Counted from the whole stretch's first letter, positions 36,477 through 49,190 are shown. The stretch is DNA of 63,640 nt, filler included, from Octopus bimaculoides (GCF_001194135.2; 8 parts of 7 records of this genome joined end to end with filler, not necessarily neighbours in it), one strand, 5' to 3'. Translations and numbers: made by a program. Notes: a model not told the origin generated them from the sequence alone.

Positions 36477-37189
36477 TGGAAAATATGGAATACTATTCGT
36501 TCTGCAACATAAAGCAGCATGCCATGTGGGCACCTAAATTTCTTCGCATGATTTTATCAAATTTTTAAAAGAGTCCTACCAGTAGAGGCGTTTCCCAACC
36601 TTATCTGGCATAGTTATAGATGCGCACCCGCCAAATTTGTTGCCTCATAACTTCCAGAAAAATGGATAAATTTTCAACAAATACCGCTTAGATGCTATAG
36701 ATTCAGAGTATACAGGAATTTGTGGGAAAGAAATTTCCGATGGGGAGAGGAGTTTCGAAAAATTCACTTGATCCGACTTTTCTCCAGCGACCACTTCAAC
36801 AGCTTCGTCCAGCCAACGATGACCACCGCCGTCGCCACATCAGCAACAAGAGTCTACGACTACTATCCAGCATCATCGTCATGACCAACACGATTCTACG
36901 ATTACTACTACCAAGCATCAATCTCCACCAGCGTCAACACGACTTACTATGTACACCAAACCAAACCTCTCTTCGATTCTGTTAGGTGACTCAGCTTCAC
37001 CACGATAAACAAACAGACAAGAGTTCTTAAACAGACAAGAAATTCTCAGCCAGCGACGAACATCTGTATAACAAGAATNNNNNNNNNNNNNNNNNNNNNN
37101 NNNNNNNNNNNNNNNNNNNNNNTTAATTAATTAANNNNNNNNNNNNNNNNNNNNNNNNNNNNNNNNNNNNNNNNNNNNTCTACCTCCCA

Positions 37190-37500
37190 CACACAGCCCC
37201 TCGTTCCCGATCACCGTTTGTTATCTCCCCCTTTCTTAGCTCTCCTGAAATAAGAATTTCTAACTTCCGGTCAGTCATTGTTATGATCGGCCATTATTAT
37301 GATTGACCGTTGACTGAACACTGTTCAATTTTTTTTCTCTGTGTTTTTCTCCTTGTCTCCGTATTCTTTCTGTTGAAGAGCGTAGCTCGAAACGTCAAAG
37401 ACTTTCCGTATTCCCGAGCGTCATACTAATATATACTTTTGTTATTTACACCACCTGTCCTCGTCTGTTGTTATTATTTGTATATTCTCCCACATATATG
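37190..37500 (+). mobile_element. Penelope-like terminal (pLTR-like) repeat
   Basis: Carries a hammerhead motif. Its 3' part (CTTTCCGTATTCCCGAGCGTCATACTAAT...CACCACCTGTCCTCGTCTG) recurs at 62280-62381. Confidence 0.6.
37365..37401 (+). ncRNA. Minimal type-I hammerhead motif (core variant CUGUUGA)
   Basis: UCUUU-CUGUUGA-A-GAGC(GUA)GCUC-GAAA-CG-UC-AAAGA: perfect 5-bp stem I, 4-bp stem II, GUC triplet, one core deviation (A6U). Confidence 0.55.
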
Positions 37501-37849
37501 TAGGTATATGCACTTGCATTTATGTTCTGTGTGGATATGCCACTTTAGTCCTTTAGTAATGTGTGTTTTTGCATCATAACTTTTTATATGAACATTCCTG
37601 TTGTAGGCCCGTCGCCAGATTTTAGTGCCTGGGGCATTTCAGAATAATGAGGTGGGGGTGGGGAACTAATTTATTATAATGTTAAAGTGAAGTTTCGGAA
37701 CAAGTGTATCACTGTAAATATGAGAGAGAGAACCATCGAATATTGAGGGGCAGGGCCGTCTAGTGCACCCCTTTAACGATACACACAATTGTGTGCATAT
37801 ATTCAATTGAGTATTTTGCCAATTTTCACCGTGCCGCTAAACGACAGGA

Positions 37850-39480
37850 TTTAGAAGACACGCGTCAGTTTATTTTGCTCTTTCTTATGAAAACCCAGAA
37901 TTTCTAGATTTTTGTGCAGTTCTGTAGATACATAGCCTAATGCCCCTATGATGACGGGTAGAAATGAAAATTTATAACCAGTATACAAGTACAAGACCTG
38001 GAAGTTCCACATTAATTCACTATTAATGCTCACGTTTTCCTGAACTTTTGATGGTACGCTATATCCGCTTTTCTAAACTTTTACGCAGATCTTTTGCCAC
38101 ATAGTCCAGTGCATCTTTGATAATAAGTACAAACGAAAATCTATAGCATGGCTGTAAGAGCCATAGGTTTCTCCTAAGTTCTTCATAGATGTCCTCTTTT
38201 CCCCGATTTTTGACGAGACATTTACATTCACCGGGCAACTGTTCTCAACGGCACTGCATGATTTTTGTCTCCTCTTCCATACAATAGCTGTCCTATTGTG
38301 CTTACACTTTATTACTGCTTTTATTGGAATGTTTCATCAATATTCTTCATTTCTAAAAGTGTAGGTATGTTCTAGTTCTGAAGTGCCTTTGGTGGTATAA
38401 CCCATCAGGACAATATTTCTTGCAGATATTATTGCAGAGTTTTATCGACAATATCATGTTTATGGGAAAGTAAATTCTTGTGTACATTTTTGGATATTTA
38501 CTGATATGGGTGATATCCTCCACACCGATGTAGCACAATCAACATTTTGTAAAAAAAAAAAAAAAAAAAAAAAAATAGAGGTCTAGAGGTCTCCATATAT
38601 CCCTTGTCGATTTGCTATTTAATAGCTATTAGTTCCTGAATAGCATGGCATTCTAGGCAAGATATGATATCTTTACTGCAGGTTCAGGATAGGATACTAT
38701 TTCTATCAGTGTTATTGGTATTCTCTAACTTGAAGAATATGTACCCATGTCTTACATCCTTTTGAAGTCGATAAAATAAATACCAGTTGAGTACTGAGGC
38801 GGGGTCAACGTAATCGGTTTCCTCCTCCCTTCAAAATTGCTAACCTTGTGCCAAAATTAGAAACAAAACCATTATGACTGTTAATTCATAATTTATTACC
38901 ACTCATTCGTATAATGGCTGAATGTTTACTTTAGTATTATTCTTGTTATAGCAATGGTCAAGATCTGTGCAGTCTACCACCTTCCCAGAAAAAGAACTCA
39001 TTGACTTGTCCTGACTTTTAGTTAATGTGAGATTTTGAGGCTGGTAGAAATAGTAACACATTTATTTTTCATCTAAGGTTACTTGTTGATGGAGTTGCTT
39101 GGTACTGAACTGCCAATAGTCGTGGTACTCAACATCATTTTCATATGGACAATCGAATGACCTTCACCAGCCATTTTATAGAATTAGTATAGGTCTTGAC
39201 TCATTTCAAAAGTCCACTGAAATTGCTCTCCATAGCCCCTTGACCTGCGGTAGTTGACCCCTGTCCCTTGTCTAACTATGGTGTGTGCAAATTCGATAGT
39301 AAAGGCACATGTTGGGTTTGTGTTGATTTTCATTGCTCAATTACTTCTATGATCTTCCGTTAAGAAGTTCCTCTTCCCAAGGACCGGATAATCAACTTTT
39401 CACCAGGCTTCTATCAATGGCAAACGTGCTAGCAAATGGTATTTATCACACGAAAGATGCATTTCCCATATGCTGATGTC
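37850..39480 (-). mobile_element. Highly degraded RLE-type (R4-like) LINE, RT to endonuclease
   Basis: YKFSFLPVIIGALGYV...LHKNLEILGF at the 3' end; DFKRM*DM (DYKKAYD-like) RT remnant near 38760. Boundaries are approximate. Confidence 0.55.
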
Positions 39481-39571
39481 ACTCACTTCAATGCCAATTA
39501 ATGTGTGTATGTGTGTCCACGTGTGTATGTGTATCTGTGTGTGTACAACATGTGTGTATACCTAGGTATGC

Positions 39572-39607
<36 letters not shown>

Positions 39608-39972
39608 NNNNNNNNNNNNNNNNNNNNNNNNNNNNNNNNNNNNNNNNNNNNNNNNNNNNNNNNNNNNNNNNNNNNNNNNNNNNNNNNNNNNNNNNNNNNN
39701 NNNNNNNNNNNNNNNNNNNNNNNNNNNNNNNNNNNNNNNNNNNNNNNNNNNNNNNNNNNNNNNNNNNNNNNNNNNNNNNNNNNNNNNNNNNNNNNNNNNN
39801 NNNNNNNNNNNNNNNNNNNNNNNNNNNNNNNNNNNNNNNNNNNNNNNNNNNNNNNNACATCTTTCCTTTTTATGAGAGACAGCTGGAAAGAGACTGCATA
39901 TATGCTGTACTTGTCCTACTTCAGTTATATGGTTTTGATTTTTAAATTGCAAGTCACCCTCGTTACACGTGC

Positions 39973-40005
<33 letters not shown>

Positions 40006-40354
40006 CACACACGCACACACACACACACACACACATACACACACACACACGCACACAGACATTTCAAAATCATCAATGAAAAACTTATGGCCGGTTGTAT
40101 TATTTAAAATGGAGAGGCGTGGAACAAAAAGTAAAAGAAATTGAAATTTTGAAAATATTTTGTGGAAGTGCAATCTTGCACTTTATGTTCGGAAGCTGAA
40201 GTCTTCCAAAATAAAAATAGAAAGTCCAATTCACTTCGTTGTTTGCACATATGCTAAAAATATGAGTGTTCACAGAAAAATTTCGCCACAGCAATTTTTC
40301 CGATTGTGACTATCCTATCTTTTAATCCCGAACACTTAAAACTAACTGTAAACA

Positions 40355-40580
40355 TAAACTCAACCCTAGTCCCAATCCCTAACTCTAAAACCAATCCCAA
40401 TCCTAATCTAAACATTTAATTTTGACCTCTAACCACAAAATCCAACTTGAAATTCAATTCTAATGCCGAAACATTTGCTCTAAGCTCAACTAAACCTGAA
40501 CACCGAATCTAGTTTAAAACTCTAATCTCTAACCTAGACTCTAAGCCTTAACCCAAACCTAACTCCTAAACTTATTCCAA
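40355..40580. repeat. Degenerate TAACCC-like hexamer tract
   Basis: AACCCT/AATCCC/AACTCT/AACCTA variants in 6-bp register. Confidence 0.7.
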
Positions 40581-41879
40581 ATGAAATTTGAAACCGTTAT
40601 TGTTGTTATTTATCGTTAAAGCTGAATTTGTTTTGGAAGTTCCATGAGTTTGTGGCTTGTTTTCCTTTTAGGAGTCTGTTTTTGTTGATTTTATTGCTCT
40701 ACTTTGCCTCTCAGTTGACCAGAACCATAAGGGGTTGATCGGCTGTTTTATCACTCGCCTTGCAGTATAAAATTTTAAAAGGAAAAAAATTTGGAAACTA
40801 CTACCACTACCATTACCACTACCCCGAATGGGGGAGTTGCTTGTCAATAACAATACACAAACACCACCCCAACAGCAGTTTCGCCTCTGCTTGCGAAAAC
40901 AATAAAGTGAATTAAATGCTCCTGTAAATAGAGCAAGAAATATTCCAGGACATATAGCGAGAAATTCTTTCAATTGTCGAGAAAAAGTCATTGCACTATC
41001 CGTTGTATATTCGAAACTGAAGAGTCAGTCAAAACACGGGCTGAAATTGCCAGACATACTTCCGACTATATATTTTTTACTCAAGGATATGAGTCAAAGA
41101 ATACAATAGTGGTAATGATAGACAATGAAAGTGATGTATATCTCACTCACACTCTCTCCCCCTGTCTCTATCTCTCTCTCACTCACTCTCTTTCTCTCTC
41201 TCACACATATGTATGAGTATATATATGCATATATGGGTACAGGACGTCACCAACGGTTCAAACAACATGAAATACGCAAACAACGAGAGATAAAATGGAA
41301 AACAGGACAAGTAAACACAGGGAAAAGACCCTTCATCAGTTGTCGGCTTAAGGGAGCTGTCTATCTACACCTCATTTCGAGCGCTCAACGACAATATGAG
41401 TCTTCAAAAACAGTTGCTCTCATAAATTCTAAAAGGAAATTTAGGATTTATGGAGGGTCAAAGTTGGAAACAAAAACATGACAGTGGAGACATACAAGGA
41501 AACCAAGATGTGGGGGTAAATATATATATATATGTACATGTATATATGCCCATATATCTGCGAGTATGCATCCATACTTATACGAGTGTGCATGTGTGCC
41601 TAGATGTATATTCACATATCCGCGCGAGCGAGCCTACACACACACTTACACACGAAGGCACACACGCACGCACACATATACACACACGCACACACATACA
41701 TATGCACACACGCATGCATACCTTTATCTTCATGTACATATATATGTACAAGAGCACACGCACACGCGCGCGTACACACAGGAGTGTGCATGTGCACATA
41801 CTCCTGTGGTCATGCACAAGAGGTGAGAGTATGCGGGTAGACAGGCATGGAAAAGTGTTGGGGATTGGTTATTTGCAGT

Positions 41880-42270
41880 ACTGTTCATGGGGTTAATTTG
41901 TGACGGGGACTTTGGTGCAGGCGGTGCTAGAGGTGGCTGGTACTGAGGAGGTATATCCGGATTGTCGGCGGCCAGTAACTTGAAATTTACCAGAAGGGTT
42001 TACCTTTATTGACAACAATATGATACCTCATATTTCTTGATGGCTACTGCGGGTTGGTAGATGATATGCAGTTTTTCGAGGAGTCACGGCTAGCAATTAG
42101 GGGCGCCGGATGATTATGGTGGGGCCCTGTTGATAATAGTCCACTTGATGCTGAGTGTTTCGTCTCAGAAGTCACGAAGTCTCCAGAGAAAGCGTGACAG
42201 GGAAGAGGAGTTCTCTTTGTCCTTGGGTCTAAATGAATGCAAGTGCTGGGAATATCTTCCCTTGCTATAA
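41880..42270 (-). mobile_element. Inverted 3' portion (GIY-YIG end) of the adjacent Penelope-like element
   Basis: The minus strand gives GRYSQHLHSFRPKDKENSSSLSRFLW...IKWTIINRAP...LLEKLHII. It is a nucleotide homolog of 43383-43450. Confidence 0.8.
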
Positions 42271-42272
42271 TT

Positions 42273-43490
42273 GACTGGTTCCGCGGTATCGAGAATAAAT
42301 CAGCCTGCAAATTCACCCATTGTTGGCGTCTACCCTTCTATATCTAAACCCCTTCTCCTGAAGGCCGTAGCTTTTGCTGGACAATTTACCAGCATTAGTG
42401 ATCTTTATATCAGAATCATCATGAATGCCAGAAAGTCAATTCTGGTCCATGACGATTCCTTCTGGGTGAAGAAAGAAAGCGATCCATAGTTTGACGTCTC
42501 TATGGGCAAGCTTCGACGGGGCTGAAACCACCAACTTCATCGGGTTATACATTTTGGATACCCTCAAGAGTTGTACTCATCCACATAGGTCGGCCCTCTA
42601 TAGGGATGATGGCCTGGATATCTCAAGCCATATCAATGGCCACGCCATGGACATTTTCAGAAAGGACTTGATAAAAATATTCAGAGATCGGCCTGTCCAT
42701 AACGGTTACTCCCAACCAGACTACAGTCAATTTTTTGGATGTAACTTTAGACCTGAATACAGGCAAATACTATCCCTACAGGAAGCCTAATGAAGAAACG
42801 GTATCTATCCACAAGAGTTCAAACCACTTCCACCCCCGCTGTAATTAGAAACCTGGTTTTATGTATTAGTAAACAGGTGTCTAAACTCTCAGTCAACATG
42901 GAGATCTTTAATAGGGCTGCCCCCACTACAACGATGCTTTGCTTAGGAGCGGATTTTCTGAAAACCTCACGTATGTGTACGAACCCCAAATTCCCACTCC
43001 TCACCCCATGAGAATTAGGAAAAGGAAAACAATCTGGTATAACCCCTCATTTAACCTAGAAGTTTCTACCAACGTAGCCAGGGGCTTCCTGTCGTTAATA
43101 AAGAAACATTTCCCCAGAGGCCATAAGTATTCCAAACTATTCAACCCCTATAATGTCAAGGTAAACTACTCCTGCTTAGACAACATCACATCTAATATCG
43201 CACACATCAACAGACGTAAAAACACATCCACACAACCCCCACTCTAACCTGCAACTGCTGAAATCCTACCACATGCCGTCTAGGAGGATCCTGCCTCTCA
43301 AGGGCTGTAATATACAAGGCCATCCTTACACCATCCGATGGCATTACTAGTCACTACACGGGGAGGACAGCCAATGGCTTTAAGGGAAGATATTTCCAGC
43401 ACTTACATTCATTTAGACCCAAGGACAGAGAGAACTTCACTTCCCTGTCGCACTTTAGTCGAATCAATTTCATGCAGTCGGAGTGTGCTA
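42273..43490 (+). mobile_element. Penelope-like retroelement (Naiad-like) RT + GIY-YIG, degenerate
   Basis: YPSIS..LL, FDVSMG-SFDGAE, LYRDDGL, NFLDVTLDL, RKRKTIWYNP...KHFP and CNC*NPTTCRLGGSCLSRAVIYKA motifs, with frameshifts. Confidence 0.88.
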
Positions 43491-43783
43491 TGTTTCCATA
43501 GCTCCGACGGCATGAAAATAGGCCCGACAAATTTTATTAATATCTGAAAAAATACTAAGTTACCAATATTTTTATGGTAGAGAGTTATGAGAGGTAATAT
43601 TGTATGAGAGAGCGAATTCAATAAGTATTTCAGTTCCGAACGTTCTGAAGCACGTATTATGGTTAAATTACTTGATACAGCTAGAAGTGTCATTGAATAG
43701 TGAGAGAACGGGTCGGAGGAGTAAAGTTGAAAAAGTGTGGCACACTGACACACTCATATTAGCTTTCACCTTTTTCATCATCA

Positions 43784-43824
<41 letters not shown>

Positions 43825-43826
<2 letters not shown>

Positions 43827-44050
43827 GTTAATAAAAATACGGAGAAAAAAGACACCAGAAAACAACGCGCGGACGTGGTAAATGCAAAGTATTAATGAGA
43901 CGCTCAGAGAAGAAAAGAAAGAGTAGTTGTTTTACATTTCGAGCAAAGCTCTTCTTCGGAAACAGGAGACATGGGAAAGTCCAACAGAAAAGAAGAAGGA
44001 AGAAAAAAATCACCAAGAGTCCACGTGTAGTTACATTTTGGAATATGTAT
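43825..44050 (-). mobile_element. Penelope-like terminal repeat with degenerate hammerhead (43927-43963)
   Basis: Minus strand UGUUU-CCGAAGA-A-GAGC(UUU)GCUC-GAAAUGUA-AACA; overall architecture resembles 37190-37500. Confidence 0.5.
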
Positions 44051-44079
44051 ATGTATATATGTTTATATATATATCTATG

Positions 44080-44300
44080 TGTGCGTGAGTGTGTGTGTTT
44101 GTGTTTGTCCTCCCATCATCGCTTGACAAATGGTCCTAGTGTGTTTACCTCATCGTAATGGATTCGGCAGAGGAGACCGAGAGAATAAGTAGAAGGCTTT
44201 AAAACATTCTTAGGGTCAGCTTGTTCGACTAAAAACCCTTCAAGGCGGTGCTACAGCATGGCCACAGTCAAGTGGCTGAAACAAGTAAAGGAATAAAAGA
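44080..44300 (+). mobile_element. CORE-like SINE 3' part
   Basis: TTTGTCC...CATCGCTTGACAA...GAATAAGTA...GGCGGTGCT.CAGCATGGCCACAGTC...CTGAAACAAGTAAA. Confidence 0.75.
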
Positions 44301-44309
44301 ATATGATAT

Positions 44310-44358
<49 letters not shown>

Positions 44359-44738
44359 AGTGGATGTAGAATACTAGTTGCATGGCATCTTTTGAATGTG
44401 ATAAGGAGAAAGATAAATGTAGCTATATTACCATCTCTTGACCCCCCATTGTTATTCTCTTTTGCCACTCCAAATTATGGTTGGGTTATCTTCTCCCTAA
44501 TTTCATTCTGCAACAATAAAAGCAACAAACATGTAATTCTTTTATTCCCCAGTTCTGATGAAAAATTTGCTAATGAATTGTAATGGAGTATCCTGTATGT
44601 TGAAAATCTATATGGTCTTATGCATCCGAGGAAGGTGGTGTATTTCAAATTGATGTAATTCTTGCATTGATCGATTTAATGGAGCCACCTGAAACGGCCG
44701 TAATGCACTAATACTTGGATATCCTTGTTATTTATTTG

Positions 44739-44780
<42 letters not shown>

Positions 44781-44880
44781 NNNNNNNNNNNNNNNNNNNN
44801 NNNNNNNNNNNNNNNNNNNNNNNNTTAATTAATTAANNNNNNNNNNNNNNNNNNNNNNNNNNNNNNNNNNNNNNNNNNNN

Positions 44881-45135
44881 GCTCTGTCAAGTCCATACTT
44901 GTTGGAAAGTGTCCAATGGACAAGCCAGGCTATATTGTCGTGGCGTCTCTTATATTCCTTCTGGGCTAGTGGCGTACATTGCCTGGTAATATGCCATACG
45001 GTTTCACCGTTTTGTCCACAAATTCTGCACTTATCACTTTCTGCTGTGTTGTCTATTCTGTATTTTATGTAGTTTGTTCTTAGTGCTTGCTTTTGGGCAG
45101 CACAGATTACAGCCTCCGTTTCTGGTTTTAAATCA
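44881..45135 (-). mobile_element. R4/Dong-like LINE fragment (CCHC region)
   Basis: DLKPETEAVICAAQKQALRTNYIK...KCRICGQNGETVWHITRQC...YKRRHDNIAWLVHW. Confidence 0.9.
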
Positions 45136-45136
45136 C

Positions 45137-45189
<53 letters not shown>

Positions 45190-45670
45190 ATCTGCATGTC
45201 TGTTACAATCACTTGCTAACACACACCCTGCGTCCTAGGGCTAATGAAGAATAAGAGATGTTACAGCATGAGTGAAATCTTGGGGAGGAGGGAGTAGCAG
45301 GGGCAGTAACGAAATATCTTCATTTAATACAGCACAGACTTTTAAATCGATAGCGTTTTTCTAAGGATGTGGGCAGTATTTGTCAGCACAATCTTTTGAA
45401 TTTCCCTGATACACGGTTTTCCTGGAATGTTTTCTAGATGTTTCTGACATCCACTTTTTTTTAATCACACCAAACTCACCTACAATAACAAGAACATTTC
45501 TTGCTTTAAGATGCCATATCTTTTGTATTTCAATTTCCAGGTCCGTAATTTGTCAACTTCCTTTATAGATATATTTTTATCAGTGAGAACATTTACATCT
45601 AATGCTCTACAAGTATTTTCTTTACTGTCTTTTTTAATTATGTCTGCTCTCTTAGCCAGGATCGTTCTGC
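45190..45670 (-). mobile_element. R4/Dong-like LINE 3' end (RLE domain + 3' UTR)
   Basis: KRADIIKKDSKENTCRALDV...DKNISIKEVDKL...HLENIPGKPCIREIQKIVLTNTAHILRKTLSI*. Confidence 0.88.
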
Positions 45671-45699
45671 CAGTGTTGTTGTTGTTGTTATTGTTGTTG

Positions 45700-45744
<45 letters not shown>

Positions 45745-45749
<5 letters not shown>

Positions 45750-45870
45750 GACTCTGCCTTTCATCCTTTTGGAGTCGATGAATTAGGTACCAGTGAAACA
45801 CTGAGGTTGATATAATTGACTATCCTTCTCCCCACAATTTCAGGCCTTGAGCCTATAGTAGAAAGGATTA
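45745..45870 (+). mobile_element. Meta-type SINE 3' half
   Basis: GCCTTTCATCCTTTTGGAGTCGAT...AGGTACCAG...CCTATAGTAGAAAGGATTATTATT. Confidence 0.75.
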
Positions 45871-45914
45871 TTATTGTTATTTTCATATAGACACAACAGG
45901 TTAGACTGTTATCA

Positions 45915-46900
45915 GTCACGTGCCCACAACCCTCTACCAGTCGGGCAATGGAATCGGTGTATGTTCCGCTTTAGAAATTTATGCGGATTAGTGGCGGGAA
46001 GTGCGACGACGTTCTCGGGGAGACTCTGGGCGCCGACGAGAACGAACTGGCTAGTCTGTTCCGGAGGACTTTCCGATCGTGAACTATCATGGATAATTTT
46101 CAGATGTCCTTAGTCTGGTAGTGCTATCGGGTGGGTGGGGTGGTAGCGCTACTGGTTCGAGACAAGCTCTACAGGCGCAAATGCGCTGTCAGATGGACTT
46201 GTTCGATGTGTGCGCAGTGACGAAACCGTTCTGCACACTCTCGTTCAGTGTCTGGGCATTGCTGACTTGTGGGGTTATGTTCCACAGCTACTGTCACGTG
46301 TGGGACGGATTTGTCTGTTGGCCAAGTTTGTAGTGATGATTGCACCACCGCCCTTCTTTAATCACGCAGGCAAGGCAGTTTTCCTTTGCCTGATGACTAT
46401 GGCGAAAGAGGTTGTTTGGTGGACAAGGCTGAAAGGCATGAGGACAGATACATTCCTTTTTTGGTAGAGGAAGTCTCATTGACTTCAAGTTTCACATGAA
46501 AAGGAAATTGAGAGTGGAGAGGGAAGTGCTGCCCTCGGGTGAGTTTATTGAAAGGTGGGTGAAAGTTGCGAAAATGGCAAGAGTGGATGGTACCTCTCTA
46601 AGTGTAGACCTGTAAGTCAGAGAGAAGGAATTGGAGAGGGCACTTGCTCCTGGGTTTTCAGGGAAATCTCGGACAGTGGAGTTTTTCGATTATCCCTAAA
46701 GGCGTTCCTGTATCAGGCGGGCCACATCTCTATCATCCTTCCCACACTTTTTTTAAACCTTTGTATGTTATGCATATGTCTCTTTTTTCCAGTGTGTATA
46801 CTGTGTATATATATTTTTTATCATTTCATTATTATATGTAAACCCCCACATTTTATGTCTGTATCCCCTATTCCTTCGCCCTTGTAGCAAATAAATGAAA
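45915..46900 (+). mobile_element. L1/Tx1-clade LINE 3' end
   Basis: VRDKL...C.RC...DETVLHTLVQC zinc knuckle, AKEVVWWTRLKG, then a 3' UTR ending in AATAAA (~46890). Same family as 17104-17474. Confidence 0.8.
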
Positions 46901-46934
46901 TCATTACTATTGTTGTTGTTGCTTGCTTGCTTGG

Positions 46935-46981
<47 letters not shown>

Positions 46982-48142
46982 AGAAAAATATAATAATCTG
47001 ATTACACTCAGCGGGTGTCATTGGAGACCCAGACATAAGACCGATAATCTTTCCAGCCTAACTTTTGGCGATAAATATCTTTGACATTAGATATTTCCGT
47101 GACACCCTAACCCTGATTTACAAGACAGAAAGATGGAAAAATATATAAAACTAAGCAATAAACTAACGTCAAAGTAACAACTGTTTATACACGGATTATA
47201 TCCTTATTCTTTCTTTTATTTGTGTGCGTTTGTGTGTGTGTGCGCGCGCGCACGTGCGTGTGTATACAAATAAAAATGGTGAGGGAAAAGAGGAGAAGGA
47301 GTGAGATCGCATGTGTTTATGTGTATGAATAAATTATAAATATGTACTCCTATAAGAAACCCTTAATTCAACCCCACTCGAAGTTAGCTGTTACACGGTT
47401 ACATCTGAAACTTCTTGTCACTGCGTGAAATTTCACTTTTACAATCATTACTGGATAACAATTTTACAATCAACACCATCATTACAAGCAAATCTGTGAA
47501 TTATTGTATATACTGTGCGTGTGTTATTTGATTTTATCTTTACATTTGAATGAAAATCTATTCTGAGGTTATCCACAGGCCCAAAGAAAATCCGTTGTGA
47601 AGTGGGTTAAAAATTCTCGATATTAACTCAACTCAAATGGATACTGCTTTATAGATAACATGCCTCCAAAATAACCTTCACAGTTTAATAATTGCTATCC
47701 TAGCTTCTATAGCCGAACTCGATTTTTAAAAACCTTTAAAATCAACAAAAGTCTGCCATAGGAGAGAGTGGTAGGAGTGTAAACAAACTGCTGTCATCGC
47801 CATTTCTATCTTCACCATCACCAAAATTACTTAGGACTCATATATCTCCTAGTAAACACTACCTAAGAATATATATGTAGATAGATAGATAGATAGATAG
47901 ATAGATATGTTTCTTTATTAGCCACACAGGGCTCAACATAGAGGGGACAAAATACAAATGTACAGTTTTTCTTTTCGATGGGGACGAAAATAAAGTAAAA
48001 AATAAAATGGGGATAACGATGAAAAGGCATCGAGAAGACGTTNNNNNNNNNNNNNNNNNNNNNNNNNNNNNNNNNNNNNNNNNNNNTTAATTAATTAANN
48101 NNNNNNNNNNNNNNNNNNNNNNNNNNNNNNNNNNNNNNNNNN

Positions 48143-49190
48143 CCTTACTTGTTTTTCTAAAATGCACCATAAATGTTCAATAATATTGAGATTAGGGACT
48201 GTGGTGGCCAGATAAGATGTTCAACTTCACTAGAATGTTCCTTGTGCCATTCAGTAACAACTTTAGCTGTGTGAATTGGTTCATTATCATCCTGAAAGAT
48301 TGCGTTTCCCTCCGGAAATAGTTCTGCATCCACAGGATGAAACTAATCGGATAAGATGCTTAAATAGTTTTGACAATTAATTCTGCCATGAAGGGAAACC
48401 TTTGGGCCGGCAGATTTCCAAGATATAGCCCCTCCTCCCAGATCATCACAGATCCTCCTCCATGTTTAACAGTTGGAAGAAGGCAGTCTGGGTCAAATGC
48501 TTTTTTTGGCTGTGTCCACACGTATACTCGACCCGTGGTCAGAAATAAGGTAAAGGATGACTCGTACAAGAAATTAACATTCTTTCATTGCTCTAGGGAC
48601 CAATTCTGTAGGTTTTTACTCCACTCTAAACACTTTGCAATGTTTGATTTTGAAAGTAGTGGTTTTCTGATTGCTGCCCTCCTGTGAAATCCAGCTTTGT
48701 GCCACTACCAGTGAAAATTTTTTATGTGGAAACTGGGTTCTCGAGGTAGTCATTAAGCTCTGCAGTAATTTTGGGAGTTGTACTTTTGTGATCCTTTCAA
48801 ACAATTCGTATAATAGTCTGACGGTCCCTATCTGAAAGTTTTGGCTTTCTTCCGGAGTTTTGTCTTGACGAGGAGGTTTTTCCCTCTTTCTCAAAGGCTG
48901 TCATTACTTTCAAGATTGTACTTCTTGATACACCAAACATTTCAGCTGTTACGCTAGCACCTGCCATATGAGGACCTCATTGAAAGTCCGATAGATCTGT
49001 CATTTTAATGAATTTTAATTACCTTTTTCTGATGATAATTGAAAAGAAACTGCAATTTTAGCAAAACATATTAAGCAACACTAATAATAAATCAAAAGAC
49101 ATGAAAATAAACAAGCTTTTGATGGTTTTATAGATATTTCAGAATTATGATCCTATGATTAGGTGTTTCCATTATTTTGTCCAACCTCTG
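48143..49190 (-). mobile_element. Tc1-family transposon, second copy (degenerate, cut by a scaffold spacer)
   Basis: TA + TIR CAGAGGTTGGACAAAATAATGGAAACACCT at 49190; transposase homologous to 33387-34750; VKHGGGSVMIW motif. Confidence 0.92.

Noticed and set aside
36740-37078. Possible LTR start (TGTTAGG at ~36981) or coding exon in a CpG-containing stretch
   Set aside because: No second LTR, PBS or recognisable protein motif; the sequence ends at a scaffold join.
40355-40580. Interstitial telomere
   Set aside because: Too degenerate, with few exact TTAGGG units; it resembles repeat-internal hexamer tracts.
43247-43265. In-frame TGA in the Naiad-like Cys-rich motif (CNC*NPTTC) as possible selenocysteine
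   Set aside because: It falls at the Arg position of the usual CNCR motif (CGA>TGA decay) in a copy with many other lesions.
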